This document shows, one piece after another, positions 54,149 through 64,000 of a stretch of DNA of 64,000 bases. A program made the translations under genes and the position numbers. Within the stretch, counting starts at the first letter, position 1. Every line of letters begins with the position of its first letter. The DNA is taken from assembly GCA_963817895.1 (NCBI GenBank), contig CAWFQB010000001.1, forward strand, positions 1,248,001 through 1,312,000, written 5' to 3'. Under the pieces are notes generated by a model. It saw only the letters and a list, made by a program, of their open reading frames with translations, was not told the origin of the DNA and ran no database searches. The stretch comes from an uncultured Chthonomonadaceae bacterium. GTDB lineage: Bacteria; Armatimonadota; Chthonomonadetes; Chthonomonadales; Chthonomonadaceae.

Positions 54149-56344
54149 TTACCTTGCTTCATACAGATAGTTGAAGCGTCCATTGGGAGCCGCATCGCCG
54201 CTGAGGGTGAATTCCATGATCTCGCCGTCGCGCTGTATGTTATCCGCCCACTTGAACTGCAGGCGCAGCGGCTTTCCGGGGCGCAATCTCAGGTCGGCGC
54301 GGCGGATTGCGATTTCTATTTCGTTGCCGCTCACCCGGTAACGAACTTTTGCTTTTGGCTTCCAGTTCCAGCCACTCGTACTCGTTTCCAGTACGCTTGT
54401 TGTGTCGTTCTCGACGCGACGGTTTACAACAAAGTTGTAGCCTTCCCACCCGAGGCGCGAATCGCCTTTGGTGTTGATAAACAGCAGCATCCAATGTGGA
54501 TCGGTGTGGCGAGTTATTGGCGCGTGGGTACGGGCGTAGAAGTACACGTACTCTTTATCGCGCGCCACTTTGAGCGCCACGAAGTCGTTGCGGCCTGTTG
54601 TGTTGGTGTAATGCGCCACATGGTTCCAGCCGGCATGGTCACGCCAGGCGGTGTCGCCAATGTCATCGCGATATTCGGGCTGCACACTCTTCCAGGCGGC
54701 GAAATCGCCGTTGAAGGAGATGGTCTGCATGGGGCTTGCGGCGGGCGGCTTGTGGACGCCCTTGTAGCGGCGAATGAAAGCGGCCATCTGGTAGTAGTAG
54801 GCATCGCCGTGTCCGCCGCGCATAGGTTCAATGTCGCGGCTGCGCTCCTGATTGAATTCGTCCACGAACAGCACAGGCGCTTTCACCCCGGCAAACTCCC
54901 CGAAGCGTCCGGCTATCCATTCATTCCAGCCCGTGATAAAGATAAATTGCGGGTCTTGCTTCAGGGCAAACTCGAACTGCTCGGCAAAATTCAATCCCTG
55001 ATTGACAATATCGGGGCGGGAGTCGTTCGCGCCTCCATGCCAACTGCGGCCACGCGCTCCGGCCTCGCTTAATGAGCCGACACGCTTGCCCACCGCGTTC
55101 TGGGCGACTCCTACCGACATCTGTTCCTTTGCCCCCTGCGCATTATGAAAGACGTGTTGGGGATACACTTCCAGCCAGCTCCATTGATTGGGCGCGGTCG
55201 GCCCCTCAAAGTAGGAGGGCTGCGGCTTGCGGAACGTGAAGAAATCCTTCAGGCGTGGGCCTTTCTCACCTAACACGCCGATGCGCAACGTTCGATCCCC
55301 GCCTATCGCCATGCCGTTTATAAACGCCTGACCGGGCGCATACACGTCCTTGCTGTCGCTCCACCAGCCGATTGTGCCCGCCCCCTCCGACATTTCCAGA
55401 TAGTAGGTTCCCGGCGGCAGGGGATGCGCAAATCGCAAAGACAGCCAGGCGTTGTCGGCAATGTCGGTAAAGCGCTGATGAGCGAGTGGCTTACCTCCCA
55501 CGTTGCCCTGATAGAGCGTCAGCGTCATGGCGGCATGGGGCGTAGCCCAGTTGGGAAAGCGTCCGCCAACGGCATCAAAGGATTTCGTTGTGGTGAAGGA
55601 TTGACCGAGCGTTTGATGCGGCAGCAGGCGTACCGGCGTGTCCTGCTCCACATTGCCTTCGCCCTCCTCCAGCAGCGCAGGATCGGCCAGCAGAAGCGGC
55701 TTGCCCTGCCAGCGGAACCACAGGTCGGAATGGAGGCCAGGCGCGTACAGGTCGTGGAACAGTTCCCGCGCCACTTTGCCGGGATCGCCAAAAGGACATA
55801 GAAAGGCGACCTGCGGCGTCCTGCCTCCCTCTTTGCGAACCTGCGCAAACACGTCGAGGAGCGCCTTATAGTAGGAAGAATAGGTAAGCTGGTTGGTGAC
55901 ATCGAAGATGATGACATCCACGCCCGCGTCGGCCAGCATTTGCGCGTGTTTGCGCAATACCCAGGCATCGTCCGTCTGGTAGTAGCCGAACAGCGGCTCG
56001 CCCCAGTGATGCGGCGCAAGGAGTGGTCCCCACAGCGGATCGTCGCCATGCTGCATGGCGTCGGGATGTTGGGCGAGGATGCGGGAAATGTCATACGGCC
56101 CGCCGTTGATGTATGCCCCCAGCCACAGGAAGTAGAACAGGCCGACATAACGGTCTTTGCGGGGCGGACCGGCCTGCGCCGACGTGGGCAGCGACCGGCC
56201 CAAGGCATCTGTCGCCGTCCAGGTATCGGCAAAGGTGTCCCATGCAGGCATATAGGAGGGCGGAGAGGCCGGCAACACTTGCGTCCATCCCGTACGCTGT
56301 AGACACAGCAGAAACAGAATCAGGTATATTCTTAAAGACAGCAT
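54149..56344 (-). CDS. Secreted GH71/99-like glycoside hydrolase
   Basis: Signal peptide; VGLFYFLW, WGEPLFGYY, AGVDVIIFD, ITGWNEW, SRDIEP. Confidence 0.7.
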   Translation of the reverse strand: MLSLRIYLILFLLCLQRTGWTQVLPASPPSYMPAWDTFADTWTATDALGRSLPTSAQAGPPRKDRYVGLFYFLWLGAYINGGPYDISRILAQHPDAMQHGDDPLWGPLLAPHHWGEPLFGYYQTDDAWVLRKHAQMLADAGVDVIIFDVTNQLTYSSYYKALLDVFAQVRKEGGRTPQVAFLCPFGDPGKVARELFHDLYAPGLHSDLWFRWQGKPLLLADPALLEEGEGNVEQDTPVRLLPHQTLGQSFTTTKSFDAVGGRFPNWATPHAAMTLTLYQGNVGGKPLAHQRFTDIADNAWLSLRFAHPLPPGTYYLEMSEGAGTIGWWSDSKDVYAPGQAFINGMAIGGDRTLRIGVLGEKGPRLKDFFTFRKPQPSYFEGPTAPNQWSWLEVYPQHVFHNAQGAKEQMSVGVAQNAVGKRVGSLSEAGARGRSWHGGANDSRPDIVNQGLNFAEQFEFALKQDPQFIFITGWNEWIAGRFGEFAGVKAPVLFVDEFNQERSRDIEPMRGGHGDAYYYQMAAFIRRYKGVHKPPAASPMQTISFNGDFAAWKSVQPEYRDDIGDTAWRDHAGWNHVAHYTNTTGRNDFVALKVARDKEYVYFYARTHAPITRHTDPHWMLLFINTKGDSRLGWEGYNFVVNRRVENDTTSVLETSTSGWNWKPKAKVRYRVSGNEIEIAIRRADLRLRPGKPLRLQFKWADNIQRDGEIMEFTLSGDAAPNGRFNYLYEAR

Positions 56345-56494
56345 ACGGCAATATTCGCTTTCATCGCCGCGCCTTCCTGCTGTACACAGCAACGTATCGC
56401 GATTCTGTCGTGACTTTAGTTTCCGGTAAGTCTCTTGTTGAGGGCCGTTTGTGAGACTGGGGTGGCAGCCATAGCAGAGCGAATGGAGGAGAAC

Positions 56495-57489
56495 ATGCAG
56501 GGAGAGGGCGAGGCCAGAAAAGAGGGCGCAAAACCTGACGTCCCCACGAAGAGGAAGTTGCTGCAATGTCTGGGCGGGCGATGGCCCCGGCGCGGCCCGC
56601 TGGCATCGGTTGTCGAGTGGTCCGAGCAGAGGGATGGGTATCGCCTGGAGCGGATCACCTATCTGGCAGAACCCGGCGAACGTGTTGCTGCTTACCTGCT
56701 CCTTCCCGACACCGCCTCCAGAGGCCGGCCCCTGCCGGGAGTGTGCGTGTGGCATCAGCACAATGGCGCTTACGAGGTCGGCAAGGACGAGCCGGCGGGA
56801 CTAAAGGGCAATCCCATGCACCACACCGGGGTCGCGTTCGCCCGGGAAGGCTACGTCGTCCTCTGTCCCGATGCGGCAGGTTTCGGCGAACGTAACCGGC
56901 GGGGCAGGCTGAACGGACGGCATCTGGAACACTATCTGTTCGGGATGTACGTCGCTGAAGGGAAGTGCCTGGCCTGGAAGAACATACGGGATATGCGTCG
57001 GGCAGTGGACCTGATTGCGAGCCGTCCCGAAGTGGACGCCAACCGGTTAGGCTGTTATGGTCACTCTATGGGTTCGACGCATACATGGCTGGTGGGGCCG
57101 TGGGAGCCTCGACTGAAAGCCCTTGTGGGCAACTGCTGTATGCCGACCTACGCTGCTATGGAGCGTACGGACCTGATTCACTGCTTTCCCAACTACATCC
57201 CCGGCTGGCGCAAGTACGGCGACATTCCCAACATCGCGGGGATGATCGCTCCCGCGCGCTGCACCTCAACTTCGGAACTGAGGACAGTGGCAGCCCCATC
57301 GAGGAGGTGAAGGCCGGCGTGGAAACCATTCGCCGCGCCTTTCAAGCGAAGGGGGCTGAAGACCAATTCACCTGCTACATCGAGGCGGGTTCCGGCCATG
57401 TTCTGAGCGAGGAGATGTGGTGCCGCGTCAAAGCCCACTTCGCCACGCATCTTCAAGGGACGGGCGCAAGCCGACGAGAAGGCGAATAG
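56495..57489 (+). CDS. Alpha/beta hydrolase (dienelactone hydrolase/acetylxylan esterase-like), frameshift near 57255
   Basis: AYLLLP, GYVVLCPD, GHSMG, GSGH. Confidence 0.85.
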
Positions 57490-57506
57490 GGAAATCTGTA
57501 GGAATA

Positions 57507-58286
57507 TCATTCACCGAGACGCGCATCCGCGCTGATCGGGAAATGATCGGACGGATAGCGCCCTTTCGCATTGTCGCGCAGGATATGAGCCTCCACAACC
57601 TCAAACTCGCGGGAGGCAAAGATGAAGTCTATCCTTTCGCCGTTCATATCTCCTGTGAAGTTGTGAAAGGTTCCCTGATTCTTCGCCACAGGATGAAGAA
57701 GACGGAAGGTATCTCGAAGCGAGGGCGCGCCCTCGTACATTCTTCGCAAAGCCGGGTTGTCTTCCTCCATGTTGAAATCCCCTGTAAGAAGAACCGGCTG
57801 AGAAACATTCCGACTGCCGATATGTTCCAGCACAAGGCGAACACTCTGTTCGCGGGCAAACTGCGACTCATGATCCATGTGAACATTATAAACTGCGAAA
57901 GCATGGCCCGACTTTGCCAGGAGGCGTACCCAGGAGCAGATACGCGGATGCGCCGGTGTCCAGTGGCGGGAACCGGGGCATTCCGGGGTTTCCGAAAACC
58001 AGAAGGTGTCTTCCTCGGCGGCTTGAAATTTGTCCTGGAGAAAGAAGACGGCACAGTGTTCCCCTGCGAACTTGCCGTCATCGCGTCCCACTCCCACACG
58101 GGCGTACTCCGGCAGCGTCTGAGCCAGATACTCCACTTGCGGCAAATAGGCCTCTTGCGTCGCCAGTATATCCGGTTGGTATCGGCGAATGACCTCACGG
58201 AGCAATTCGCGCCGTTGTTCCCAACCGTTGGCCCCGTCATTGGCGCGCATATTGCGAATGTTGAAGCTCATGATCCGTAGTTTCAT
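57507..58286 (-). CDS. Endonuclease/exonuclease/phosphatase family protein
   Basis: MSFNIR, ATQE, TGDFN, RIDFIF, SDHFP. Confidence 0.93.
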   Translation of the reverse strand: MKLRIMSFNIRNMRANDGANGWEQRRELLREVIRRYQPDILATQEAYLPQVEYLAQTLPEYARVGVGRDDGKFAGEHCAVFFLQDKFQAAEEDTFWFSETPECPGSRHWTPAHPRICSWVRLLAKSGHAFAVYNVHMDHESQFAREQSVRLVLEHIGSRNVSQPVLLTGDFNMEEDNPALRRMYEGAPSLRDTFRLLHPVAKNQGTFHNFTGDMNGERIDFIFASREFEVVEAHILRDNAKGRYPSDHFPISADARLGE

Positions 58287-58639
58287 TGCGGCTCCACAGC
58301 CCTCCCGTTTTTAATACTGGCCTACGCTCTGCATGGAGCATGCAGTTCTTGACAATATGGCGAGATTCCTCCCCCTTGCCATTTACAAGTCATACCGTCT
58401 GACGGATGTTGGTGGCGAGGTAATTGAGAAGATTTCGGCCTGGTTCAGCCAGCACTCCTAAATGGAAAAAAGAAAAAAGAAAAAGGGTATGTAGAGACAG
58501 CGTCGAAATATTGGCAATGCATCGCTTTCAGCCCGGTGTCTCGTTGTGTCAGGTTTTTAAGCAGAGGCGTCGTTACCTCCGAAGGGTTAAGGGGACCGAG
58601 TATATAAAAGCATTATCTCCGGTATTATCTTTCTGCGCG

Positions 58640-58975
58640 AGGAAGAACCGCCAATCAAAGACCAGAACGCAGCGCGTTTTGAGCAGGAGGCCTGCGCCGT
58701 CGCCGCTTCCTGGGCGCTCAACAGCGCGCGATGGGACCTGGAAGCGGCCTTGAAGCAGGAAGAGCAGTGGGGAATTGCCGGAACCAGAGCGCATTTTGTC
58801 GCGTCTCAGCATGTTCCTCGACACAGCGCGAAACGTCAATCAGATGCCGGCTTTGTGTGAAACCTTTGCAAAGCTCCTGACTCAACTGCAAAACCGATGG
58901 CCCGAATCCACCCTGCTGCCCCTCTATCCCGCGTTTCGAACCGACGTATCGGCATGCGTTTCTGCTGGATTATGA
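58640..58975 (+). pseudogene. Possible gene fragment ending WP..LPLYPAFR
   Basis: Two abutting frames give about 100 aa of plausible helical sequence; no clear start. Confidence 0.35.
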
Positions 58976-59093
58976 AGGGGACGACCTGCCTCAAACATCG
59001 GCTCAGATCGGCCTGCGCGCATGGCGTGGAGATCAAAGAGATTCAGGTCTGAGAAACCGTCCCCTGAAACCTTCACATACTTCACGAAAAGGA

Positions 59094-59879
59094 TTGCGGA
59101 TGCTGACTCAAGACCCACAACTTGTCCCTGCGGATATACTGGTTCGCTACCTTGCCACCTTTCAGCGTTTTCTAACGGCCACCATTGCGTATAACCGCAC
59201 AGGGGATAAAGCAGGAATGCTGCTCGTTGGTCACCTGGCGGGAAAGTTACGTAACGTCCCTGAAATGCTCTGGCATTATGATGATTACTATCGTAGTCCT
59301 GCGATGGTGAGTCGTTGGGTAGGGGAAACGGCAGGAGGCATACGGGCAGTGGGCGCGCCTGAACGTCTGGTACAGGATTGCGAACGTATCTTCTCTACAG
59401 AGGACGGAGCGACAGATTTAGGATTGCGCAAGAACCTTGCTGACATAGACCTCGCGCCGCTTCCAGACATGCGGGAGTACCTGGACTTACTTTATCATGC
59501 CTGCCTATCCATGATGCGGATGACCACTCACGGTACGCGCCCCTCTTTGATGCGGCGGGTCGTGGATAAAATTTTCAGCGTTTACCATGACAAAAGAACG
59601 TTCAGGTATTATTGGCGCAGTGTTAAACCGTGGCAGGGACTGGAACGCGCCTGGACTGCCAAAGCCCAGGCAGACGCGGATGCCAACAGGAGGATTGCGG
59701 AGATACTCCTGCCTGTGCCGCAAGGGTTAGCGCAATGGTCGAACTTTGACGAGGATAGATTCCGAAATACGGTATGTGAAACTGCCCAGAGCGCGTCCGA
59801 ACTGGAGCGATTACTGTGGAGCGGTTTTCTCAACGGTTGGACCTCTGAGCGAAACTACTGGACGAGCCTGGGAGAGTAA
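59094..59879 (+). CDS. Hypothetical protein
   Basis: 261-aa ORF with no recognisable motif. Confidence 0.55.
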   Translation: MRMLTQDPQLVPADILVRYLATFQRFLTATIAYNRTGDKAGMLLVGHLAGKLRNVPEMLWHYDDYYRSPAMVSRWVGETAGGIRAVGAPERLVQDCERIFSTEDGATDLGLRKNLADIDLAPLPDMREYLDLLYHACLSMMRMTTHGTRPSLMRRVVDKIFSVYHDKRTFRYYWRSVKPWQGLERAWTAKAQADADANRRIAEILLPVPQGLAQWSNFDEDRFRNTVCETAQSASELERLLWSGFLNGWTSERNYWTSLGE

Positions 59880-60014
59880 CTCTGATGCAGAACTCCAATG
59901 CCGGCCCACGCAAGAGCAATGGAAGGGAATTGGCATACCAGCAGAGAATAGAGAGCAAGGTCTGCGGCAATGAACCTGTCCATGCCATTAAAACTGCGCG
60001 AGAGGAAAAACACT

Positions 60015-60911
60015 ATGACGAACAAAGATCATGAAAAACAGGGGCCAGCGTCGAACGACCTGTCACGGCGCGACCTGGTCGCGTTATCGGTGGCGGCGGG
60101 GCTTGCCGCCGCGACAGGAGCGGCAGGGGCCGCAGGGTTGCCGGTTGTGGAGGCGGATGTCGAGGTCAAAACGCCGGACGGCATGTGCGAGGCCGCTTTT
60201 ATTCATCCCTCAACCGGTTCTCATCCCGGCGTGTTGATCTGGCCGGACGCCTTTGGCCTTCGCCCCGCTGTACGCGCAATGGGCAGGCGCCTTGCCGCAG
60301 ACGGTTACTCGGTACTGATACCCAACCCCTACTATCGCAGCGCCAAAATCTCTGAACTGAATCTCAACACCGCAACGTTCAGTTTTCAGAATGAGGCCGA
60401 CATGTCCCGGCTGAGAAAGCTGATGGGCGGGATCAGCGCGCCGGGGGCGGCGGAACAGGACGCGACGGCGTTCATCGCTTTCCTCGACGCGCAGAAGCCC
60501 GTTAATACCAGAAAGAGGGTCGGTACACAGGGCTATTGTATGGGAGGCCCGCTCGTTTTTAAGACCGCTGCCGCTGTACCTAATCGGGTTGGAGCCGTCG
60601 CGTCTTTTCATGGCGGCGGCCTCGTCACGGACCAGCCGAGCAGCCCGCACCTGCTTATCCCAAAGATGAAAGCCCGTTTCTACATCGGCATCGCGTCCAA
60701 CGACGATATGCGCCAGCCCGATGCGAAAGATAAGTTGCGAGAAGCCTTTGCTGCCGCCAAACTCCCGGCGGAGGTTGAGGTTTACGAGAGCCTGCACGGG
60801 TGGTGTATGCCGGACATGCCGGCTTCGGGCGGGAAGCCTATCTACAACAAAGAGGACGCCGAGCGCGCCTGGGGCAAGTTGCTGGCGCTGTATAAAAAAG
60901 CTCTGGTCTGA
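60015..60911 (+). CDS. Dienelactone hydrolase family with Tat signal
   Basis: SRRDLV signal; WPDAFGLR, GYCMGG, SFHGG, HGW. Confidence 0.9.
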   Translation: MTNKDHEKQGPASNDLSRRDLVALSVAAGLAAATGAAGAAGLPVVEADVEVKTPDGMCEAAFIHPSTGSHPGVLIWPDAFGLRPAVRAMGRRLAADGYSVLIPNPYYRSAKISELNLNTATFSFQNEADMSRLRKLMGGISAPGAAEQDATAFIAFLDAQKPVNTRKRVGTQGYCMGGPLVFKTAAAVPNRVGAVASFHGGGLVTDQPSSPHLLIPKMKARFYIGIASNDDMRQPDAKDKLREAFAAAKLPAEVEVYESLHGWCMPDMPASGGKPIYNKEDAERAWGKLLALYKKALV

Positions 60912-60973
60912 CCGGTAACAACAGCCTCCGTATTCAGACACGTCACAGCAAAAATTCAGCAGGAGTCGGAAAG

Positions 60974-61813
60974 ATGGCACAGCGTCATATCTTGTGCATC
61001 GGGGCGCACCCGGATGACAATGAGTTCAGCGTGGGAGGCACGGCGGCAAAATGCCGACTGCGCGGAGACGCTGTGCGCTTCGTTTCCGTCACCAACGGCA
61101 ACAAAGGCCATTTCGCGCCGGAGTATATCGCCGATCCTGCCGCTCTGGCGCAACGACGGCTGGTGGAGGCGCAAAATGCCGCAACGGTGATCGGCGCGGA
61201 CTATAGGACGCTGGAGGTTCCTGACGGCGAAGTGTATGTCACGCAAGCCTTAACGGAAGCGCTGGTTCGATGTATTCGGGCGTTTGGCGAACCGGGGCAG
61301 GGGCCGGACCTTGTGCTATTCAATCGGCCTCTGGACTATCATCGCGATCACCGTTATACCGCGCAGGCGATACTGGACGCCACCTATATGCTGACCGTTC
61401 CGATGATGTGTCCGAATACGCGGCATCTGGATCGCATGCCCGTCTTCGCCTACTGGTATGACGATTTCCGCGATACCGTTCCTTTCCGCGCCGATATTGC
61501 CGTTCCCATTGACGATGTAATGGAACAGAAAATAGACATGGTAGCCGCGCACGTTTCGCAGGTCTTCGAGTGGCTGCCGTACAATGCCGGACGATTGGAG
61601 CAGACGCCGCCCGCAACCGATGCCGCCGCCCGTCAAAACCTGATAGCCGAGCAAATGCAGGCGCGTGGGGCGCATCGGCGGGAAGCCACCCGCGAAACGA
61701 TAGAGAAATGGTTCGGCGCTTGCCCGGCGCGTTATGTGGAGGCATTTCAGATTTGCGAGTACGGGCGCGTTCCTGATGATGAGGAACTCCGTTCGCTCTT
61801 CCCAATGCTCTAA
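60974..61813 (+). CDS. PIG-L family deacetylase
   Basis: GAHPDD, TNGNKG, RRLVEA, YHRDH, HVSQ. Confidence 0.92.
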   Translation: MAQRHILCIGAHPDDNEFSVGGTAAKCRLRGDAVRFVSVTNGNKGHFAPEYIADPAALAQRRLVEAQNAATVIGADYRTLEVPDGEVYVTQALTEALVRCIRAFGEPGQGPDLVLFNRPLDYHRDHRYTAQAILDATYMLTVPMMCPNTRHLDRMPVFAYWYDDFRDTVPFRADIAVPIDDVMEQKIDMVAAHVSQVFEWLPYNAGRLEQTPPATDAAARQNLIAEQMQARGAHRREATRETIEKWFGACPARYVEAFQICEYGRVPDDEELRSLFPML

Positions 61814-61840
61814 AAATAGCAGGCAAGGTAAGGAGATAGC

Positions 61841-63463
61841 GTGGACTACGATGTGCTGATTACGGGCGGGCGAGTGGTAGATGGCACGGGCAATCCGTGG
61901 TTTTATGCGGATGTTGCCCTGCGCAACGACCGCATCGCCTGCCTTGCGCCCCGTGGCCGTCTGTCCCGCAGCGCGGCGCGGGAAGTGGTTGACGCGGAGG
62001 GGATGGTGGTCTGTCCCGGCTTCATTGACATTCAGAGCCATTCCATCGGCCCGTTCATGTCGGACCGGCGTTCGCTGTCGAAGGTGACGCAGGGGGTCAC
62101 GACGGAGATCATGGGCGAACTCTGGACGCCCGCGCCGTTCGGAGGGCAACGCCACTCCGCCTTTGCCGACATCGGCGTGAGTGAGGAAGCGGAAGCGCTT
62201 GGCAAAGGCTGGACGCGCTTTGGAGACTGGCTGGCGTATCTGGAAGCGCAGGGCGTTGCCGTGAATTTCGGCTCTTTTGTGGGTGGGGCGACGGTGCGCG
62301 AGTACGCCAAAGGCTGGGACAGCGGCGACCCGACAGCAGCAGAATTGGACACCATGCGGCGCATCATGGCGGAGGCGATGGAGGACGGCGCGTTCGGCAT
62401 CGCCACCGCGCTGATCTATCCGCCGAATGCCTACTCGCCGGACAGCGAACTGATTGCAATGGCGCGGGTCGTTGGCGAATACGGCGGGCTGTACATCACG
62501 CACATCCGTTCCGAGGGCGATGAACTGCTGGAAAGCATTGACGACACCATCCATCTGGCCCGCGAGTCGCAGGCGCCGGTGGAAATCTACCACCTCAAAG
62601 CGACCGGCCCGCGCAACTGGCCCAAAATCCCCGAAGTCATTGCCCGCATCAACGCAGCCCGCGCAGAAGGCATTGACATTGCGGCGGACATGTACCCGTA
62701 TCCGGCCAGCGGCACGGGCCTGGATACCCTGATTCCCTACTGGGTCTTTGAAGGCGACCGGCTCTTTGCCAACCTGCGCGATCCTGCTGTTCGGGCGCGT
62801 ATCCGCAGGGAAATGGACGCAGGCGAACTCGACGGCCTCAACCCGGCGCGGGGCCGTACCGCCGAGATGATTATGCCGGTAGGATTTTACAAACCCGAAA
62901 ATCAACTGTATAAAGGGAAGCGTCTCAGCGAGATTGCGGCCATGCGCGGACAGGATGGTCTGGAAGCGGCACTGGATTTGCTCGTATCCGAAGAGCAGGA
63001 AATCGGAACCATCTTCTTTTCCATGAGCGAAGACAACGTGCGCCTGCAATTGCAGCAGCCCTGGATCAAAATCAGCAGCGACGCCGGCGGTCTTGATCCG
63101 GCAAAGGCCACGACGCCCACGCACCCACGGGCTTACGGAACGTTTACGCGCGTTCTGGGCCATTATGTGCGCGACGAGGCCGTGCTGTCGCTGGAAGAAG
63201 CGATTCGCAAAATGACTTCCGCAGTGGCGAACAGCCTGGGATTATGGGAACGGGGACTTCTGCGCCCCCACGCGTTTGCCGATGTCGTCGTCTTCGATCC
63301 CCTCACCGTCAGCGACCGGGCTACATTTGCGGATCCCCATCAGCTTTCCGTCGGTATTCGGGATGTGTGGGTCAACGGACGGCGGGTAGTGCAGGCGGGA
63401 CAACATACAGGACAACTGCCGGGCCGCGCGCTGTATGGGGCGGGAACAAAAAACCGCTCGTAA
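61841..63463 (+). CDS. N-acyl-D-amino-acid deacylase (amidohydrolase)
   Basis: GGRVVDGTG, PGFIDIQSH, THIRSE, YHLK, SSD, HPRAYGTF, ADVVVFDP. Confidence 0.92.
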   Translation: MDYDVLITGGRVVDGTGNPWFYADVALRNDRIACLAPRGRLSRSAAREVVDAEGMVVCPGFIDIQSHSIGPFMSDRRSLSKVTQGVTTEIMGELWTPAPFGGQRHSAFADIGVSEEAEALGKGWTRFGDWLAYLEAQGVAVNFGSFVGGATVREYAKGWDSGDPTAAELDTMRRIMAEAMEDGAFGIATALIYPPNAYSPDSELIAMARVVGEYGGLYITHIRSEGDELLESIDDTIHLARESQAPVEIYHLKATGPRNWPKIPEVIARINAARAEGIDIAADMYPYPASGTGLDTLIPYWVFEGDRLFANLRDPAVRARIRREMDAGELDGLNPARGRTAEMIMPVGFYKPENQLYKGKRLSEIAAMRGQDGLEAALDLLVSEEQEIGTIFFSMSEDNVRLQLQQPWIKISSDAGGLDPAKATTPTHPRAYGTFTRVLGHYVRDEAVLSLEEAIRKMTSAVANSLGLWERGLLRPHAFADVVVFDPLTVSDRATFADPHQLSVGIRDVWVNGRRVVQAGQHTGQLPGRALYGAGTKNRS

Positions 63464-63615
63464 CAGGACGCAGACATGAACTTACAGGTGATTCTGTACA
63501 CGCCCGTCGTGGAAACCAATAGCTCAACAGTCAGGTTGCGTCTGAAGGTTGCGCCAGAATGAATTTCTGAGCCACCTGTCAGGTGAATTAATGCTGTAGC
63601 TACCTGATGGACTAA

Positions 63616-64000
63616 TCAGTTAAACATGGTACATAGCACTGGAAAGTTGTGCTGTTCCAGAAGCGAGCAAGGAAATTCTGCTGTCTTCAAGTAGGTTTCG
63701 AACTCTTCAGCTAAAACGGCAAGCGTCGCACATTGATGGTTGTGTCCGACCGCTTTTCTGGCGGCTTTCCAGACATGTTCCTGCGGGTTCAACTCCGGGC
63801 AACCGGGTGGAAACCACAGGACTTCCAAGCGCGGGTTCGCTTCCAGAACCGCGCAACCGCTTCGCCTTTGTGCCAGGGAGCGCGATCCCATAACAGCAGA
63901 AGAGGTAAGTTCGGGTAGGCGTCGAGCAACTTCTGCAAGAACAAGGCGGATACCTCGCTGTTCATCAAGGCGGAGCGCAACAGGGTTTCCTTGCCGGTTG
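63616..64000 (-). mobile_element. IS630-family transposase, 3' part (truncated by window edge, frameshifted)
   Basis: LLLWDRAPWH and PPGCPELNPQEHVW DDE motifs. Confidence 0.88.

Overview
GC-rich bacterial chromosomal window. It is probably Armatimonadota, inferred from MWQRFT-type Clp N-domains and a TPEPG PEP-CTERM tail; this is not proven. Housekeeping genes include upp, plsC-like, cmk, gyrB, gmk, coaBC and rodA. Accessory content includes an ino1/methyltransferase/permuted-glycosidase/phosphatase/PRTase-kinase cluster, two stand-alone Clp N-domain paralogs, several glycoside hydrolases and other hydrolases, and a poly-HAMP hybrid kinase-CheR-CheB-RR/HK operon preceded by two novel Cys-rich paralogs. 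It also holds an HTH regulator divergent from a PEP-CTERM gene with a perfect operator-like palindrome, several decayed TA-like modules (one a DUF3800 gene with a structured 3' RNA), two ~100-bp MITEs, REP-like palindromes, many paired heptamer-repeat arms and an IS630 end. Many genes, including essential ones, carry single-base frameshifts that most likely reflect long-read assembly error, so frameshifted genes are reported as joined CDSs. No tRNA, rRNA or CRISPR array was seen.
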